Positions 17,222 to 26,758 of a stretch of DNA of 64,000 nt are shown here, piece after piece; within the stretch, counting starts at the first letter, position 1, and every line of letters starts with the position of its first letter. A program made the position numbers and the translations under genes. Where the stretch lies: positions 9,899-73,898 of the forward strand of contig JAFTTS010000118.1 of assembly GCA_017466685.1 (NCBI GenBank), read 5' to 3'. The notes below the pieces were generated by a model. The model made no database searches. It saw nothing but the letters and a program-made list of their open reading frames with translations, and was not told where the DNA came from. Origin of the DNA: Clostridia bacterium. Lineage in GTDB: Bacteria > Bacillota > Clostridia > Oscillospirales > CAG-272.

Positions 17222-17290
17222 AAAAAAACAGGAGTCAATCTACAACAGTCAAGTTAAGCTGTTCTGATGTCGGCTCCTGTTTAATTTTGT
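17222..17290. terminator. Bidirectional hairpin between convergent AraC and carrier-protein genes
   Basis: ACAGGAG (17228-17234) pairs with CTCCTGT (17274-17280), with an inner ACAG/CTGT stem. An A-run lies on the left and a T-run on the right. Confidence 0.5.
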
Positions 17291-17292
17291 TA

Positions 17293-17535
17293 TTACATAA
17301 GATCGTCAAGCAACTCTTTAAGTGCTTCGGCTGAATTGAAGTTATCGGGAATGATTTCGTCATTTGGAATTGCAATGCCGTATTTATCTGAAATTTCGGC
17401 AATGATGGAAATAACGTCAAGAGAATCAAGTATGCCTCTGTCTACCAATCCGTCTTCGTTCTCGAAATCAACATTGGGTTTAACCTTTTTAAGTAATGCA
17501 ATAAGTTCGTCCATTTTAAATTTGTTCTCCTTCAT
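17293..17535 (-). CDS. DltC-like acyl/aminoacyl carrier protein
   Basis: 80 aa. The pattern LVDRGILDSLDVISIIAEISDKYGIAIPNDEI...NFNSAEAL gives a phosphopantetheine Ser in a DSL context and a DltC-like layout. It overlaps the ligase stop. An alternative start is ATG 17514, 1 nt after the ligase TAA. Confidence 0.8.
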   Translation of the reverse strand: MKENKFKMDELIALLKKVKPNVDFENEDGLVDRGILDSLDVISIIAEISDKYGIAIPNDEIIPDNFNSAEALKELLDDLM

Positions 17536-19018
17536 ATATTTGTTTGATTATTTTTTTGACCTCTCTGCGCAAAAGCTTGCCGTTAAAGGTCTTGGGTAAC
17601 GAAGTTACGGTAATAATCTCTTTTGGCACTTTATAGCCTTCGAGCCTTTCACTGAGAAACATTTCAAATTCTTCCCGAGTGTAACCCTCTTTCGGTATAA
17701 CAAGCATAACCGGAGCTTCACCTGTTATTTCATCGGGACGAGAAGAATATGCACATTCGGATATATGGGGATAATCCATCGCACAGTCCTCAACTTCACC
17801 GGGAGAAATTTTGTTTCCTCCAAAGTTAATAACATCATCTATTCTTCCCACAAGAATACAGCGTCCTTTTTCGTCAAGGTAAGCAAGGTCATTTGTTTTC
17901 ACGTAGCCGTCACATAAGGTTTCTGCTGTCATCTCGGGAGCGTTATAGTATCCTTCCATAACAATATCTCCGCCCCAAAGCAGTTGGCAGGGATTATCTT
18001 CCGTTGCGGCATCTGTTATATTGCCCGCAGCATCTATAAAACGAACACGTGAATTTACTGTAGGATATCCCACACATCCGTTTTTATTGTCAGGGCTGTT
18101 AAAGTTCAAAATACACGAGCAGCCGGCCTCGGTAGAACCGTAAAGGTTATACATACGCTTATCGGGAAGAAGCTCGATAAGTCTTTGCTTATCGTGTTCC
18201 TGGAGAGGTGCAGAGCCCAACTGAATGTAGTCTATTTGGTCTTTGTAGGCGGCAAGTCTGTCGTCTGATAATTTGAATATCATATTTAAAGATGCAGGAG
18301 CTAACGCCAAAGCCGTTCCGCGATATTTATCCATAAGCTTCCATAAAACACCTATAAATGCAACACCGTCCATAAGACAAACCGTGCTGCCGTTGACCAT
18401 GTTTGATTGGTAACGTCGAACTGCAAATGAGTGGTTAAGAGGCATGGGAATAATTTCCACATTGTCCTTTTTCATCTCGGTTCCGCAAATTACGTTTTCT
18501 GCAATAGCAACATCGTTAATGTGCTTTATCATAACTCCCTTTGAAACACCTGTTGTACCGGTGGTATACAGCAGCATAGAACGATCCTGTGCCTTTGGAA
18601 ATTCGGTTTCATATTCATCAAGCTCCATTGCCGTTTTGCATAAGTGCTTTATGTCAATAAAGTTGAAATGTTCCACACACTCATCGTTTATTATAGTTTT
18701 AGCATCGGCAGCACCGGCAATTTCGCCCATACGGTCTGTACCAAGATTTTTCTCAAGCGGAACAGGCACTGCACCGATGTACTGTATTGCTGAAAACACC
18801 GTCAAAAAATCTATGTTCTGGAGATTTCTGATAACAATATGATCACCCTTTTTAATCCCTATAGAAGCAAGTGCCGTTGCCGTCTTTCTGATATTAGTCC
18901 AATACTCTTTATAGGTCACACTGCGGCGAAGCTCGCAAACGGCAAGCTTATCGGGCTGTGAGTCAGCATAGCCTGCTATGTATTCAAGAATAGTTCCGTT
19001 TTTCATAAAGTCCTCCAT
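17516..19018 (-). CDS. DltA-like AMP-dependent ligase (carrier-protein loading enzyme)
   Basis: 500 aa. AMP-binding core LLYTTGTTGVSKGVMIKH, plus YGSTE, and a DltA-like length. The start overlaps the transporter stop (TAATG). Confidence 0.85.
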   Translation of the reverse strand: MEDFMKNGTILEYIAGYADSQPDKLAVCELRRSVTYKEYWTNIRKTATALASIGIKKGDHIVIRNLQNIDFLTVFSAIQYIGAVPVPLEKNLGTDRMGEIAGAADAKTIINDECVEHFNFIDIKHLCKTAMELDEYETEFPKAQDRSMLLYTTGTTGVSKGVMIKHINDVAIAENVICGTEMKKDNVEIIPMPLNHSFAVRRYQSNMVNGSTVCLMDGVAFIGVLWKLMDKYRGTALALAPASLNMIFKLSDDRLAAYKDQIDYIQLGSAPLQEHDKQRLIELLPDKRMYNLYGSTEAGCSCILNFNSPDNKNGCVGYPTVNSRVRFIDAAGNITDAATEDNPCQLLWGGDIVMEGYYNAPEMTAETLCDGYVKTNDLAYLDEKGRCILVGRIDDVINFGGNKISPGEVEDCAMDYPHISECAYSSRPDEITGEAPVMLVIPKEGYTREEFEMFLSERLEGYKVPKEIITVTSLPKTFNGKLLRREVKKIIKQIYEGEQI

Positions 19019-20451
19019 TACAGATCAAACCATCCTATATTCATTAACAACCACGAAAGAACGGTCATAAGTACTAACACTATAACAGTAAGAATCAATC
19101 CTTTTTTAAACATAAAGGATGGCTTCATACCGTAACCGACGGGAATAGAACGTACAGAAGTCGGTAGTGTATAAGAAAGATTAACGCCAATAGTTGCAAT
19201 AAACACATATGGAATAGGATTTTGTCCCATACCGTTAACAACAGCTATAACAATTGGGATAGCAACAGCAGCAGTTGCAGTGTTGGATGTCACATCCGAA
19301 AGAATTATTGTAATGGCAACTATAACCAATATAGTTATAAATCCACCCGTCAAGCCTGCGTTTGAAATCAAATCGCCAACGCATTTATCGGCACCGGAAC
19401 CGGTAAGAAGCTTGCCGGCAGCGAGTCCACCTGCAAAAACATACATAAGTGACCATACTATTTTTGTCTGAACCTGATTCCATTTCATTAGCTTTTCGCC
19501 GTTTTTATCTTTTATGAGGAACGAAATAACGGCACAAATTATAAATATGTATGCAGGTTTAAGATTCGGGAAAATATCGGCATGCAATTCTCTTGCAAAA
19601 GAAAGCAGTGCAGCTAAAACAAACAAGATCAGGCAAATGATCTCCTGTATGCTCATTTTACCCATTTCACTTCGCATCTTCGCAAAGTATTCATTTGAAC
19701 CCTCAAGCTTTACATTGCGCGGCTTGATGAGCAGAAGATAGACTATATTGGAAACGATAAGGGTAACCATTATAGGCAGGAATTTTATTACCCAGTCTGT
19801 ATACATATATTCGGCTTGTGTGAGCTCTTCCAAATAGTCTACAACAATAAGATTCATCGCTCCGCCCAAAGGTGAAGCAAGTCCGCCCATTCCTGCTCCC
19901 CAGGCAATTGTCATTAAAATAAGTGAACCTATATCGCTTTTTGAAATATCTTTGATTCCAACATATTTCAGCATTGAAACTGCAATGGGGGTGATCGTTG
20001 CACAAACAACAGCATTGGGAAGTACCGTCGAAAGCAAGGTGGAAAGCAAGAACCAGAAAATAATATGCGAGGTGAGTGACGTTCCCAAAAGTCCTAAAAA
20101 TGTAGCGGAGATTCGTTTATCGAGACCGACGATCTCCCAGGACGCAGTCAGTATTGAAGCTCCGAGAAGAAGTATTATTGTTTCAGATGCATACTGGGAT
20201 ATGATAGAGCTCATATCAACAATGGAAAACAGAGCATTTATCACAATCGGAAGAAAAGCGGTGACAGCGTAATCAATAGGACCCGTAATCCACCAATAAG
20301 CCATCCAGGCTACGGTGCCGATAGCACAACGGGTATCAAAAGAGGGGAATATGCTCTCAGGCAACAACAATGCACACAGTAACATTAAAATCGGACCGAT
20401 TAAAATATGTATCCAATTAAAAATTCCCTTTTTAGCAGTCGATTTTGTCAT
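19018..20451 (-). CDS. DASS/SLC13-family anion (di/tricarboxylate or sulfate type) transporter
   Basis: 477 aa polytopic protein. It carries the SNTATAAVAIPIV signature typical of DASS carriers and the duplicated hairpin-like organisation. RBS GGAGG 8 nt upstream. Confidence 0.8.
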   Translation of the reverse strand: MTKSTAKKGIFNWIHILIGPILMLLCALLLPESIFPSFDTRCAIGTVAWMAYWWITGPIDYAVTAFLPIVINALFSIVDMSSIISQYASETIILLLGASILTASWEIVGLDKRISATFLGLLGTSLTSHIIFWFLLSTLLSTVLPNAVVCATITPIAVSMLKYVGIKDISKSDIGSLILMTIAWGAGMGGLASPLGGAMNLIVVDYLEELTQAEYMYTDWVIKFLPIMVTLIVSNIVYLLLIKPRNVKLEGSNEYFAKMRSEMGKMSIQEIICLILFVLAALLSFARELHADIFPNLKPAYIFIICAVISFLIKDKNGEKLMKWNQVQTKIVWSLMYVFAGGLAAGKLLTGSGADKCVGDLISNAGLTGGFITILVIVAITIILSDVTSNTATAAVAIPIVIAVVNGMGQNPIPYVFIATIGVNLSYTLPTSVRSIPVGYGMKPSFMFKKGLILTVIVLVLMTVLSWLLMNIGWFDL

Positions 20452-20498
20452 TCCAAAAACCTCCGTAAAATTTGTTTCAAACGCGAGAAAGGGTTATC

Positions 20499-21623
20499 CT
20501 AATCATTATACTCAACAGGCGCTGTGTTTGCATCCAAGCAATTTTCCGCCCATTGTTTTTTCAGTTTTTCGCTTTCCGCAGCCCATTTTTCGCAGCTTAT
20601 ATTCCATTCCTTAATCTGCTTTTCGGAGAGGGTTACATTATCGAATTTGTAATTGTCTGCAAGATATTTCGCCAAAAAGCTTGTAACCTTTTCAGCTCCC
20701 ACCACATTGGTATGGGTAGAATTATAAAAGTCGGTTTTCATATCAAGACCGATATCATCTATGTAATCATTCAGATCAATAAAAGAATAGTTCTTTTCCA
20801 AGATATAGTCTTCAAAGCTCTGCTGCATAGAGGCATGGCGTTTGTCCATCAAGTACGGAGTGGAAACAAAAAGAAGGTCAACGTCATGATCCTTTGCGGT
20901 TTTCACGATTCTATCTATAGACGCTTTATCGGAATCGGTTAAATAATATTGACCGTCAAGCTGTTTTTTTGCACTGTTTTCTGTGATGGCTGAGACATTG
21001 CTGACAAGGTATGTGGATTTAAGTGGGTCTTTTCCGTTACGGATTCGCGCTAAACGTTCTGTCAGCGGCAGAGAGTATTCAAGCGAATGATATTTCAGAA
21101 TAGGAATATGCCAATAAAGTTCACAGTCCCCCTCTGTGTCTATATACAGCTCGTGAATCATGTTATACCGCGTTGAAGAATAGTTCATTCCGCCTGCAAG
21201 AACACCAAGCTCCCAGCTTCGCATATCAGGGTTGGCGTTTTCAGTGTCATCAATTATATTGATTCTTTCGTTGATCAGCGATCTGGTTTCCACCACGATC
21301 AAGTCCGGATTTTGAGTTTTCATAACCTCTTCTATTATATAAGGAACAGCATCGAATGCTTGTCTCGTAGTACCAATAGTGAAAGAGGTGAAACCCTGCT
21401 CATCGTATGCAACCATCGGGGCCCAATATCTGTATATAGCGCTTGAGCCGATGTTGATCACATTATGCGTGTTATCATCTTCAGCATAAAAATACTGCCA
21501 AATATCATAGTTATAAGCACCATTGTAGTAAGGCCGTCCAATAATGCCGGCATACATAATTACAGCAAAGAATATGACAAAAAACAGTATAGCTGATACT
21601 ATTCTTTTAATTGCAATTTTCAT
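20499..21623 (-). CDS. SGNH/DltD-like extracytoplasmic acyltransferase partner, N-terminally anchored
   Basis: I start it at ATG 21623 (MKIAIKRIVSAILFFVIFFAVIMYAG, RBS AGGGGGA). The 459-aa track ORF would overlap the MBOAT gene. It has a GSS block (VINIGSSAIYRYW) and a C-terminal D..H-type block (DFYNSTHTNVVGAEKV), as in DltD/AlgJ-like partners of MBOATs. Confidence 0.65.
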   Translation of the reverse strand: MKIAIKRIVSAILFFVIFFAVIMYAGIIGRPYYNGAYNYDIWQYFYAEDDNTHNVINIGSSAIYRYWAPMVAYDEQGFTSFTIGTTRQAFDAVPYIIEEVMKTQNPDLIVVETRSLINERINIIDDTENANPDMRSWELGVLAGGMNYSSTRYNMIHELYIDTEGDCELYWHIPILKYHSLEYSLPLTERLARIRNGKDPLKSTYLVSNVSAITENSAKKQLDGQYYLTDSDKASIDRIVKTAKDHDVDLLFVSTPYLMDKRHASMQQSFEDYILEKNYSFIDLNDYIDDIGLDMKTDFYNSTHTNVVGAEKVTSFLAKYLADNYKFDNVTLSEKQIKEWNISCEKWAAESEKLKKQWAENCLDANTAPVEYND

Positions 21624-21640
21624 ATGTATCCCCCTTACAA

Positions 21641-23239
21641 TCAAAACTGCTCGTAAATAAAGGAACGTCCGGCTCCGGCGCCATAGTTGCCGAGGATAAA
21701 CACGGCACATAAACCGGCAAGCAGTATCATCCAACGGAACCAGATATTTTGCTTTGCCAACCAATCTCTTACAGTCATCGTGCTTCCCGATTTTTTCATA
21801 AGCTCTTGTGCTAAAGATACGAAGAAAAGTATTACGCAGCTGATCACAAGCGTAAGCCCTAACTGCAGAAAATGCCACTTGGTTTCGCAGAAATCATAGA
21901 TATTGGGAAGGCTTATTGATAAGCTCAAAGAGCTTTTAAGCATTGTGAGCGAGGCTTTTATGCTTGGTGCAATAAAGATTATTCTGCCAATAACGCACAA
22001 GAAGAATGTACGGAAGATTCGAATAAGACTGAAGCTGAAGCAATCCCGTTTTATATGTAATTTATCAGATAGCTTTTCAATCGGCTGTTCAAAAGCGGTG
22101 GAAAGTGAAATCAGGATTCCGTGGAAAAGTCCCCAGCAAATAAAATTCCAACTGGGACCATGCCAAAGTCCGGTGAGAATCCAGACCGAAAGGATCGGGA
22201 CTGAAGACGCAATGGATCTGCCGACCTCACTGCCGAAAATTTTACGAGCCCCTGTGTTTATTTTAAGAAAAATTTTTGAAGTGGAAACGGGATAAAAGAT
22301 ATAGTCTTTAAAAAACGCGCCCAATGAAATATGCCATCTGCGCCAGAATTCGGGCAAAGACTGAGAAAAATACGGGCGTTCAAAGTTTTGGGAGAGTTTA
22401 ATTCCAAAACATTCCGATGCACCGCGAACAATATCCATACAGCCCGAGAAATCACAGTATATCTGCACAGAATACATAATACCGGCAACAATAAATATTA
22501 CACCGTGGTATTTATCCCAACCGTTAAATATAACATCTGTGAAAACAGCAAATCCATCGGCAATTATGGTCTTTTTGAAATATCCCCACAGCATCAGCCA
22601 TAAGCCCTTTGTAAACATATCATAGTCAAACTTGTGCTCTGCGTATAGCTGTGGAGCAACAATATTGTGACGTGCAATAGGACCTTGCATCACGTGAGGA
22701 AAATAAAGCACATATGCCGCATATTTAAAGAAATTTTTCTCGGCAGATATTTTTCCGTGATATAGATCGGTTATATAGGAGATCATCATGAATGAATAGA
22801 AGGAAATACCGAGAGGAATCACCAAATCAAGCCCTCTTATCTTTCCAAGATGCATAATCCCCAAAATATCGTTTATATTGGCAATTACGAAGTTGGTATA
22901 TTTCAAAACCGCAAGAACTCCAATGATCGTAACCAAAGACCACACCAGATACTTCTTGCGTTTTCGTTTCATTTCATCCTTTATGGCTCTTGCCTGTTTA
23001 CGGTCGAGATCCTTGGTAAGCAATTCCGTCTCGTCAAGATTTTTCTGCATAAGCCGAGAAAAGAAGTATACTGCTGCCATTGTTACAGTAACAATGATAA
23101 GATTACCGATTCCCGATAAGGCATAAAAAACGGTGCTTGCAGCAAGAAGCGCATACGGTTGTGTTTTTTTAGGCAAAATATAGTATAGCAAAAGGGAGAT
23201 AGCTAAGAACAACAAAAACGACAGAGAAACTATCGACAC
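21641..23239 (-). CDS. MBOAT-family membrane O-acyltransferase (DltB/AlgI-like)
   Basis: 532 aa polytopic protein. It carries the conserved MBOAT histidine region EFWRRWHISLGAFFKDYIFYP. GTG start with GAGGTG 7 nt upstream. Confidence 0.88.
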   Translation of the reverse strand: MSIVSLSFLLFLAISLLLYYILPKKTQPYALLAASTVFYALSGIGNLIIVTVTMAAVYFFSRLMQKNLDETELLTKDLDRKQARAIKDEMKRKRKKYLVWSLVTIIGVLAVLKYTNFVIANINDILGIMHLGKIRGLDLVIPLGISFYSFMMISYITDLYHGKISAEKNFFKYAAYVLYFPHVMQGPIARHNIVAPQLYAEHKFDYDMFTKGLWLMLWGYFKKTIIADGFAVFTDVIFNGWDKYHGVIFIVAGIMYSVQIYCDFSGCMDIVRGASECFGIKLSQNFERPYFSQSLPEFWRRWHISLGAFFKDYIFYPVSTSKIFLKINTGARKIFGSEVGRSIASSVPILSVWILTGLWHGPSWNFICWGLFHGILISLSTAFEQPIEKLSDKLHIKRDCFSFSLIRIFRTFFLCVIGRIIFIAPSIKASLTMLKSSLSLSISLPNIYDFCETKWHFLQLGLTLVISCVILFFVSLAQELMKKSGSTMTVRDWLAKQNIWFRWMILLAGLCAVFILGNYGAGAGRSFIYEQF

Positions 23240-23312
23240 AAAATATCACCTCTCTGATAAAGTTGATTTTTAAAATTAAGTTATTATATCATGATTTGCG
23301 AATAGTTAATAA

Positions 23313-23507
23313 CTACTTAACTTCACAGTTAGCAATAGCAAATTCAAGTAAAATTCCAATAAGCTCGTTTCTTGAGCGATTTGTTTTTGCAGCAAGCTCG
23401 TCAAGTTGATATACGGTTTCATCCTTGATCCTGATCGAAAAAGTCTTGAATCCATCCTCACCCTTGAATTTTCTATTTAAAATAAGTTTTTCCTTCAAAA
23501 AAATCAC
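23313..23507 (-). CDS. Ribbon-helix-helix (CopG/Arc-like) DNA-binding protein
   Basis: 64 aa. KTFSIRIKDETVYQLDELAAKTNRSRNELIGILLEFAI fits a beta-strand, helix, helix RHH pattern. The start codon is uncertain: GTG at 23507 has no clear RBS and there is no internal Met. Confidence 0.55.
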   Translation of the reverse strand: MIFLKEKLILNRKFKGEDGFKTFSIRIKDETVYQLDELAAKTNRSRNELIGILLEFAIANCEVK

Positions 23508-23775
23508 CCCACATAAATTTTAACTTAATAAATGTGATTTGTATATGTTATAATATTTAACACAATAATCAAAATAACCAAATTTGCAAAAAAATTTACA
23601 TCATATATATCAAGTAATCATAGGAGCTGTAATGAGAAAAAACATACACATGATTGTACAAAAATAAAAATGCACAGCTAATGGTTTTCTGCCAAAAGCT
23701 ATGCATATTTGTTTAGGTATGCGTTATCAAATCCACCAATACCAATCACGGTTTTAAGATAAAGTCTCTCAAAGC

Positions 23776-23812
23776 AAGAAAAAAGCCTTGGAACAACTGA
23801 CATTCCAAGGCT
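23776..23812 (-). terminator. Hairpin terminator downstream of the tRNA pair
   Basis: AGCCTTGGA (23784-23792) pairs with TCCAAGGCT (23804-23812). On the minus strand it is followed by TTTTTTCTT. Confidence 0.7.
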
Positions 23813-23819
23813 TTGCTTA

Positions 23820-23896
<77 letters not shown>

Positions 23897-23902
23897 ATAT
23901 AT

Positions 23903-23990
23903 TGGTGCCGGAAACCGGGCTCGAACCGGTACGAGATTTGGTCTCACGGGATTTTAAGTCCCGGGCGTCTGCCAATTCCGCCACTCCGGC
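23903..23990 (-). tRNA. tRNA-Leu (anticodon TAA)
   Basis: The reverse complement is GCCGGAGTGGCGGAATTGGCAGACGCCCGGGACTTAAAATCCCGTGAGACCAAATCTCGTACCGGTTCGAGCCCGGTTTCCGGCACCA. It has a long variable arm, a CTTAAAA anticodon loop and an encoded CCA. Confidence 0.92.
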
Positions 23991-24038
23991 ATTTTCCGTT
24001 ACCTTATTTTGGACGGTCCTTCTCTTGACCGCCCATAT

Positions 24039-24067
24039 ATTATATCACAACCACATCCCTTTGTCAA
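24039..24067 (-). promoter_or_regulatory. Strong sigma-A promoter for the tRNA-Leu/tRNA-fMet unit
   Basis: The minus strand reads CTTGACAAAGGGATGTGGTTGTGATATAATATATGGG, that is TTGACA-17-TATAAT with a TG extension. It is nearly identical to the tRNA-Ser promoter at 41948. Confidence 0.75.
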
Positions 24068-24130
24068 GCCCTTTTTGCAAATTAACAAAAATATTTTCCC
24101 GGGCAAAGCAAATTATTTCATAATTATATA

Positions 24131-24159
24131 TTGCATTGCTAACATTTTGGTGATATAAT
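24131..24159 (+). promoter_or_regulatory. Sigma-A promoter for the MBOAT/AlgJ-like envelope operon
   Basis: TTGCAT-17 nt-TATAAT with a TG extension (TTGCATTGCTAACATTTTGGTGATATAAT). Confidence 0.6.
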
Positions 24160-24235
24160 ATATACTGTCTAATTATATGCACTTTACTTGTAAATTATTC
24201 ATACCAAATATAAATTAATTATTTGCGAGGTTTAC

Positions 24236-25645
24236 ATGGTTTTTTCATCAACCGTCTTTCTTTTTATGTTTCTGCCTGCGGTCTGGCTTTTGCATACGCT
24301 TATTCCCGCACGCTTTATCAAGGCACGCAACATTCTGCTCGCTGCGGCAAGTCTTCTCTTTTATGCTTACGGTGAGCCTATATACATATTTTTAATGCTC
24401 GGCTCCGTCCTCTTTAACTGGGCTATGACTCTCATTATGGTAAAACAAAAAGAGGCAACACAGTCGGTCATATGCACGGTATGTGTCGCTGCTAACCTTG
24501 CAGCCCTTGCCTTTTTCAAATATGTACCGTGGCTGCTCTCACTTGTCAACTCGGCGTTTTCCACCGACTTCAGCGTTGCCGTGGATTCGATTCCCGTCGG
24601 CATTTCGTTCTATACTTTCCAGGTGCTTTCATATGTTGTTGACGTAAAACGTGGCAAAACCGAGGCGCAGAAAAGCTTCGGCGACCTGCTTCTCTATATC
24701 TCATTCTTCCCTCAGCTTATCGCAGGACCGATTGTAAAATACGACGATATCAAGGAACAAATTGCCAATCGCTCCGTCACAATAAACGGAACAGCTCTCG
24801 GTATACGCCGTTTCATTTACGGTCTTTCAAAAAAGGTACTCATATCGAACACTGCCGCTGTCGTTGCCGTAGCAGCCTTCGGAGCAGAGTCACCGTCCTC
24901 GCTTCTTGCCTGGTCGGGTGCGATATGTTACTGTATCCAGCTTTATTTTGACTTCTCGGGTTACTCGGACATGGCTATCGGTCTTGCTTCCATGTTCGGT
25001 TTTTCACTGCTCGAAAACTTCAATTACCCTTACTGTTCCGTCTCGATCCGCGATTTCTGGAAACGCTGGCACATTTCGCTCACGTCCTGGTTCCGCGAAT
25101 ATGTCTACTTCCCTCTCGGCGGTAACCGTCACGGCAAGGCTCGCACCGTTATAAACCGTCTCGCTGTATTTTTCCTGACGGGACTCTGGCACGGTGCTAA
25201 CTTCACATTTATCGTCTGGGGTATGTGGCAAGGACTTCTCATGATGCTCGAACAGTTCACCGGCGCCGAAAAATGGACAAAAAAACCGCTTCTCAAGCCG
25301 TTCTTCCATATATACACATTACTTGCCGTCTGCCTCGGATTTGTAGTATTCAATTCTCCGAGCATGGGCTTTGCCGTAAACTATATCGGAAGAATGTTCT
25401 CATTCGTCGGCGGAGCGGCAGACGCACTTTACCTTTTCTCACCCTATACGATTATGATGCTCGTATTCGGCATTGTATTCTCTCTGCCCGTGGTTCCGAC
25501 TGTTAAAAAGCTTCTTTCGAAAAATCAGACACTTGCCACCATTGGTGACACCGCAAGCTATGTTATCACGCTTCCCTTATTCGCACTCTGCGTGATGACA
25601 CTCGCTTCAACCTCGTTCAATCCGTTCATTTACTATAACTTCTGA
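24236..25645 (+). CDS. MBOAT-family O-acyltransferase (AlgI/PatA-like)
   Basis: 469 aa polytopic protein. It carries DFWKRWHISLTSWFREYVYFPLGGNRHG with the conserved His and an AlgI-like length. Confidence 0.88.
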   Translation: MVFSSTVFLFMFLPAVWLLHTLIPARFIKARNILLAAASLLFYAYGEPIYIFLMLGSVLFNWAMTLIMVKQKEATQSVICTVCVAANLAALAFFKYVPWLLSLVNSAFSTDFSVAVDSIPVGISFYTFQVLSYVVDVKRGKTEAQKSFGDLLLYISFFPQLIAGPIVKYDDIKEQIANRSVTINGTALGIRRFIYGLSKKVLISNTAAVVAVAAFGAESPSSLLAWSGAICYCIQLYFDFSGYSDMAIGLASMFGFSLLENFNYPYCSVSIRDFWKRWHISLTSWFREYVYFPLGGNRHGKARTVINRLAVFFLTGLWHGANFTFIVWGMWQGLLMMLEQFTGAEKWTKKPLLKPFFHIYTLLAVCLGFVVFNSPSMGFAVNYIGRMFSFVGGAADALYLFSPYTIMMLVFGIVFSLPVVPTVKKLLSKNQTLATIGDTASYVITLPLFALCVMTLASTSFNPFIYYNF

Positions 25646-25656
25646 GGAGGCGCAAC

Positions 25657-26748
25657 ATGAAAAAAATAATGCTCGTTATTTACTGTGCGCTCATCCTTAT
25701 ACCCTGCGCATTCTTTTCGCTCGGCATGATGATCCCAGGTGCGGCAAATACGTCAAGTTCAGCCGAGGGCGTCGAGATGCCGAAGCTTCTGACCGAGGAG
25801 CAGGGCGTATCGATCAACTCAAAATTCGGACTTGAATTTGAAAAATATTTCGCCAAGAGCTTCGCATACAGAAACAAGGTGGTCGATATTTTTTCGGCAA
25901 TCAAAACCGCTGTGTTTTCCGAGGGCAACGATCAGGTCGTAATCGGCAAGGACGGTTTCCTCTTTTTCGGCGAAACACTCGATGACTATATGGGCAGATC
26001 ACGTATGAGCGATGAGGATATAAACATCGCCGCAGATTTCCTGCTTGAATTATACAACGAATCAACCCGGAAAGGTGCAAAATTCCTTTTCGTCTGCGCT
26101 CCAAACAAAAACAGCATCTATCCCGAAATGATGCCGTCGCGTTATATCATGAACACAGACGGACGCAACCTCGACCGCTTATACAGCGCACTTGATGAGC
26201 GAGGAGTTCCCTATCTCGATCTGCGTCCGATCCTTATCGAGGCAAAAAATGAGCAGCTTGTTTACCATAAGCGTGACACACACTGGAACGCGGAGGGTGC
26301 ACGTATCGCCATCGAAGCAATTGCGGATAAGCTCTCAATGCCGATTGACGATTTTTCCGAGTACGGCAAGGTGGAGGTGACCGATTTCCCCGGTGACCTT
26401 GATGCGCTTCTTTTCCCGGAGCGTGAAATGTACGATAACAACACGGAATATAACTTTGGCGGCAAATTCACTTTCAAAAAAGCATATTCTAATATGATGG
26501 CAAACGAAATAATCGCAAACGGTACTGACGGCACGGGTAAGCTTATTATGTTCCGTGACTCATTTGCAAATGCGATGATACCGTTTTTCGCTTCAGTCAC
26601 CGAAACGTCAACCTTCAGCCGCAGCACACCGTACAGTCTTGACAACTACGATACGGCAGATTACGTCATCGTCCAAATAGCCGAACGATATATAAACACA
26701 CTCAAGCCGAGTGACGATCCCACAACAAACACAGCCAACAAGGAGTGA
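25657..26748 (+). CDS. AlgJ/AlgX-like (DHHW-type) SGNH acetyltransferase partner
   Basis: 363 aa with an N-terminal anchor. It carries YHKRDTHWN (a DxHW motif) and APNKNSIYPE. It directly follows an MBOAT gene. RBS GAGGAGG. Confidence 0.78.
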   Translation: MKKIMLVIYCALILIPCAFFSLGMMIPGAANTSSSAEGVEMPKLLTEEQGVSINSKFGLEFEKYFAKSFAYRNKVVDIFSAIKTAVFSEGNDQVVIGKDGFLFFGETLDDYMGRSRMSDEDINIAADFLLELYNESTRKGAKFLFVCAPNKNSIYPEMMPSRYIMNTDGRNLDRLYSALDERGVPYLDLRPILIEAKNEQLVYHKRDTHWNAEGARIAIEAIADKLSMPIDDFSEYGKVEVTDFPGDLDALLFPEREMYDNNTEYNFGGKFTFKKAYSNMMANEIIANGTDGTGKLIMFRDSFANAMIPFFASVTETSTFSRSTPYSLDNYDTADYVIVQIAERYINTLKPSDDPTTNTANKE

Positions 26749-26758
26749 ATCACGTTCT

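Noticed and set aside
20499-21878. The full 459-aa version of the SGNH/DltD-like ORF.
   Set aside because: The upstream 85 codons overlap the 3' end of the MBOAT gene in another frame. A much better start (ATG 21623 with AGGGGGA and a signal-anchor sequence) lies 17 nt after the MBOAT stop.
23313-23507. The RHH protein as the antitoxin of a toxin-antitoxin pair.
   Set aside because: No small toxin-like ORF lies adjacent on either side. The next gene is a 532-aa MBOAT, 73 nt away. A role as a transcriptional regulator of the island is the more economical reading.
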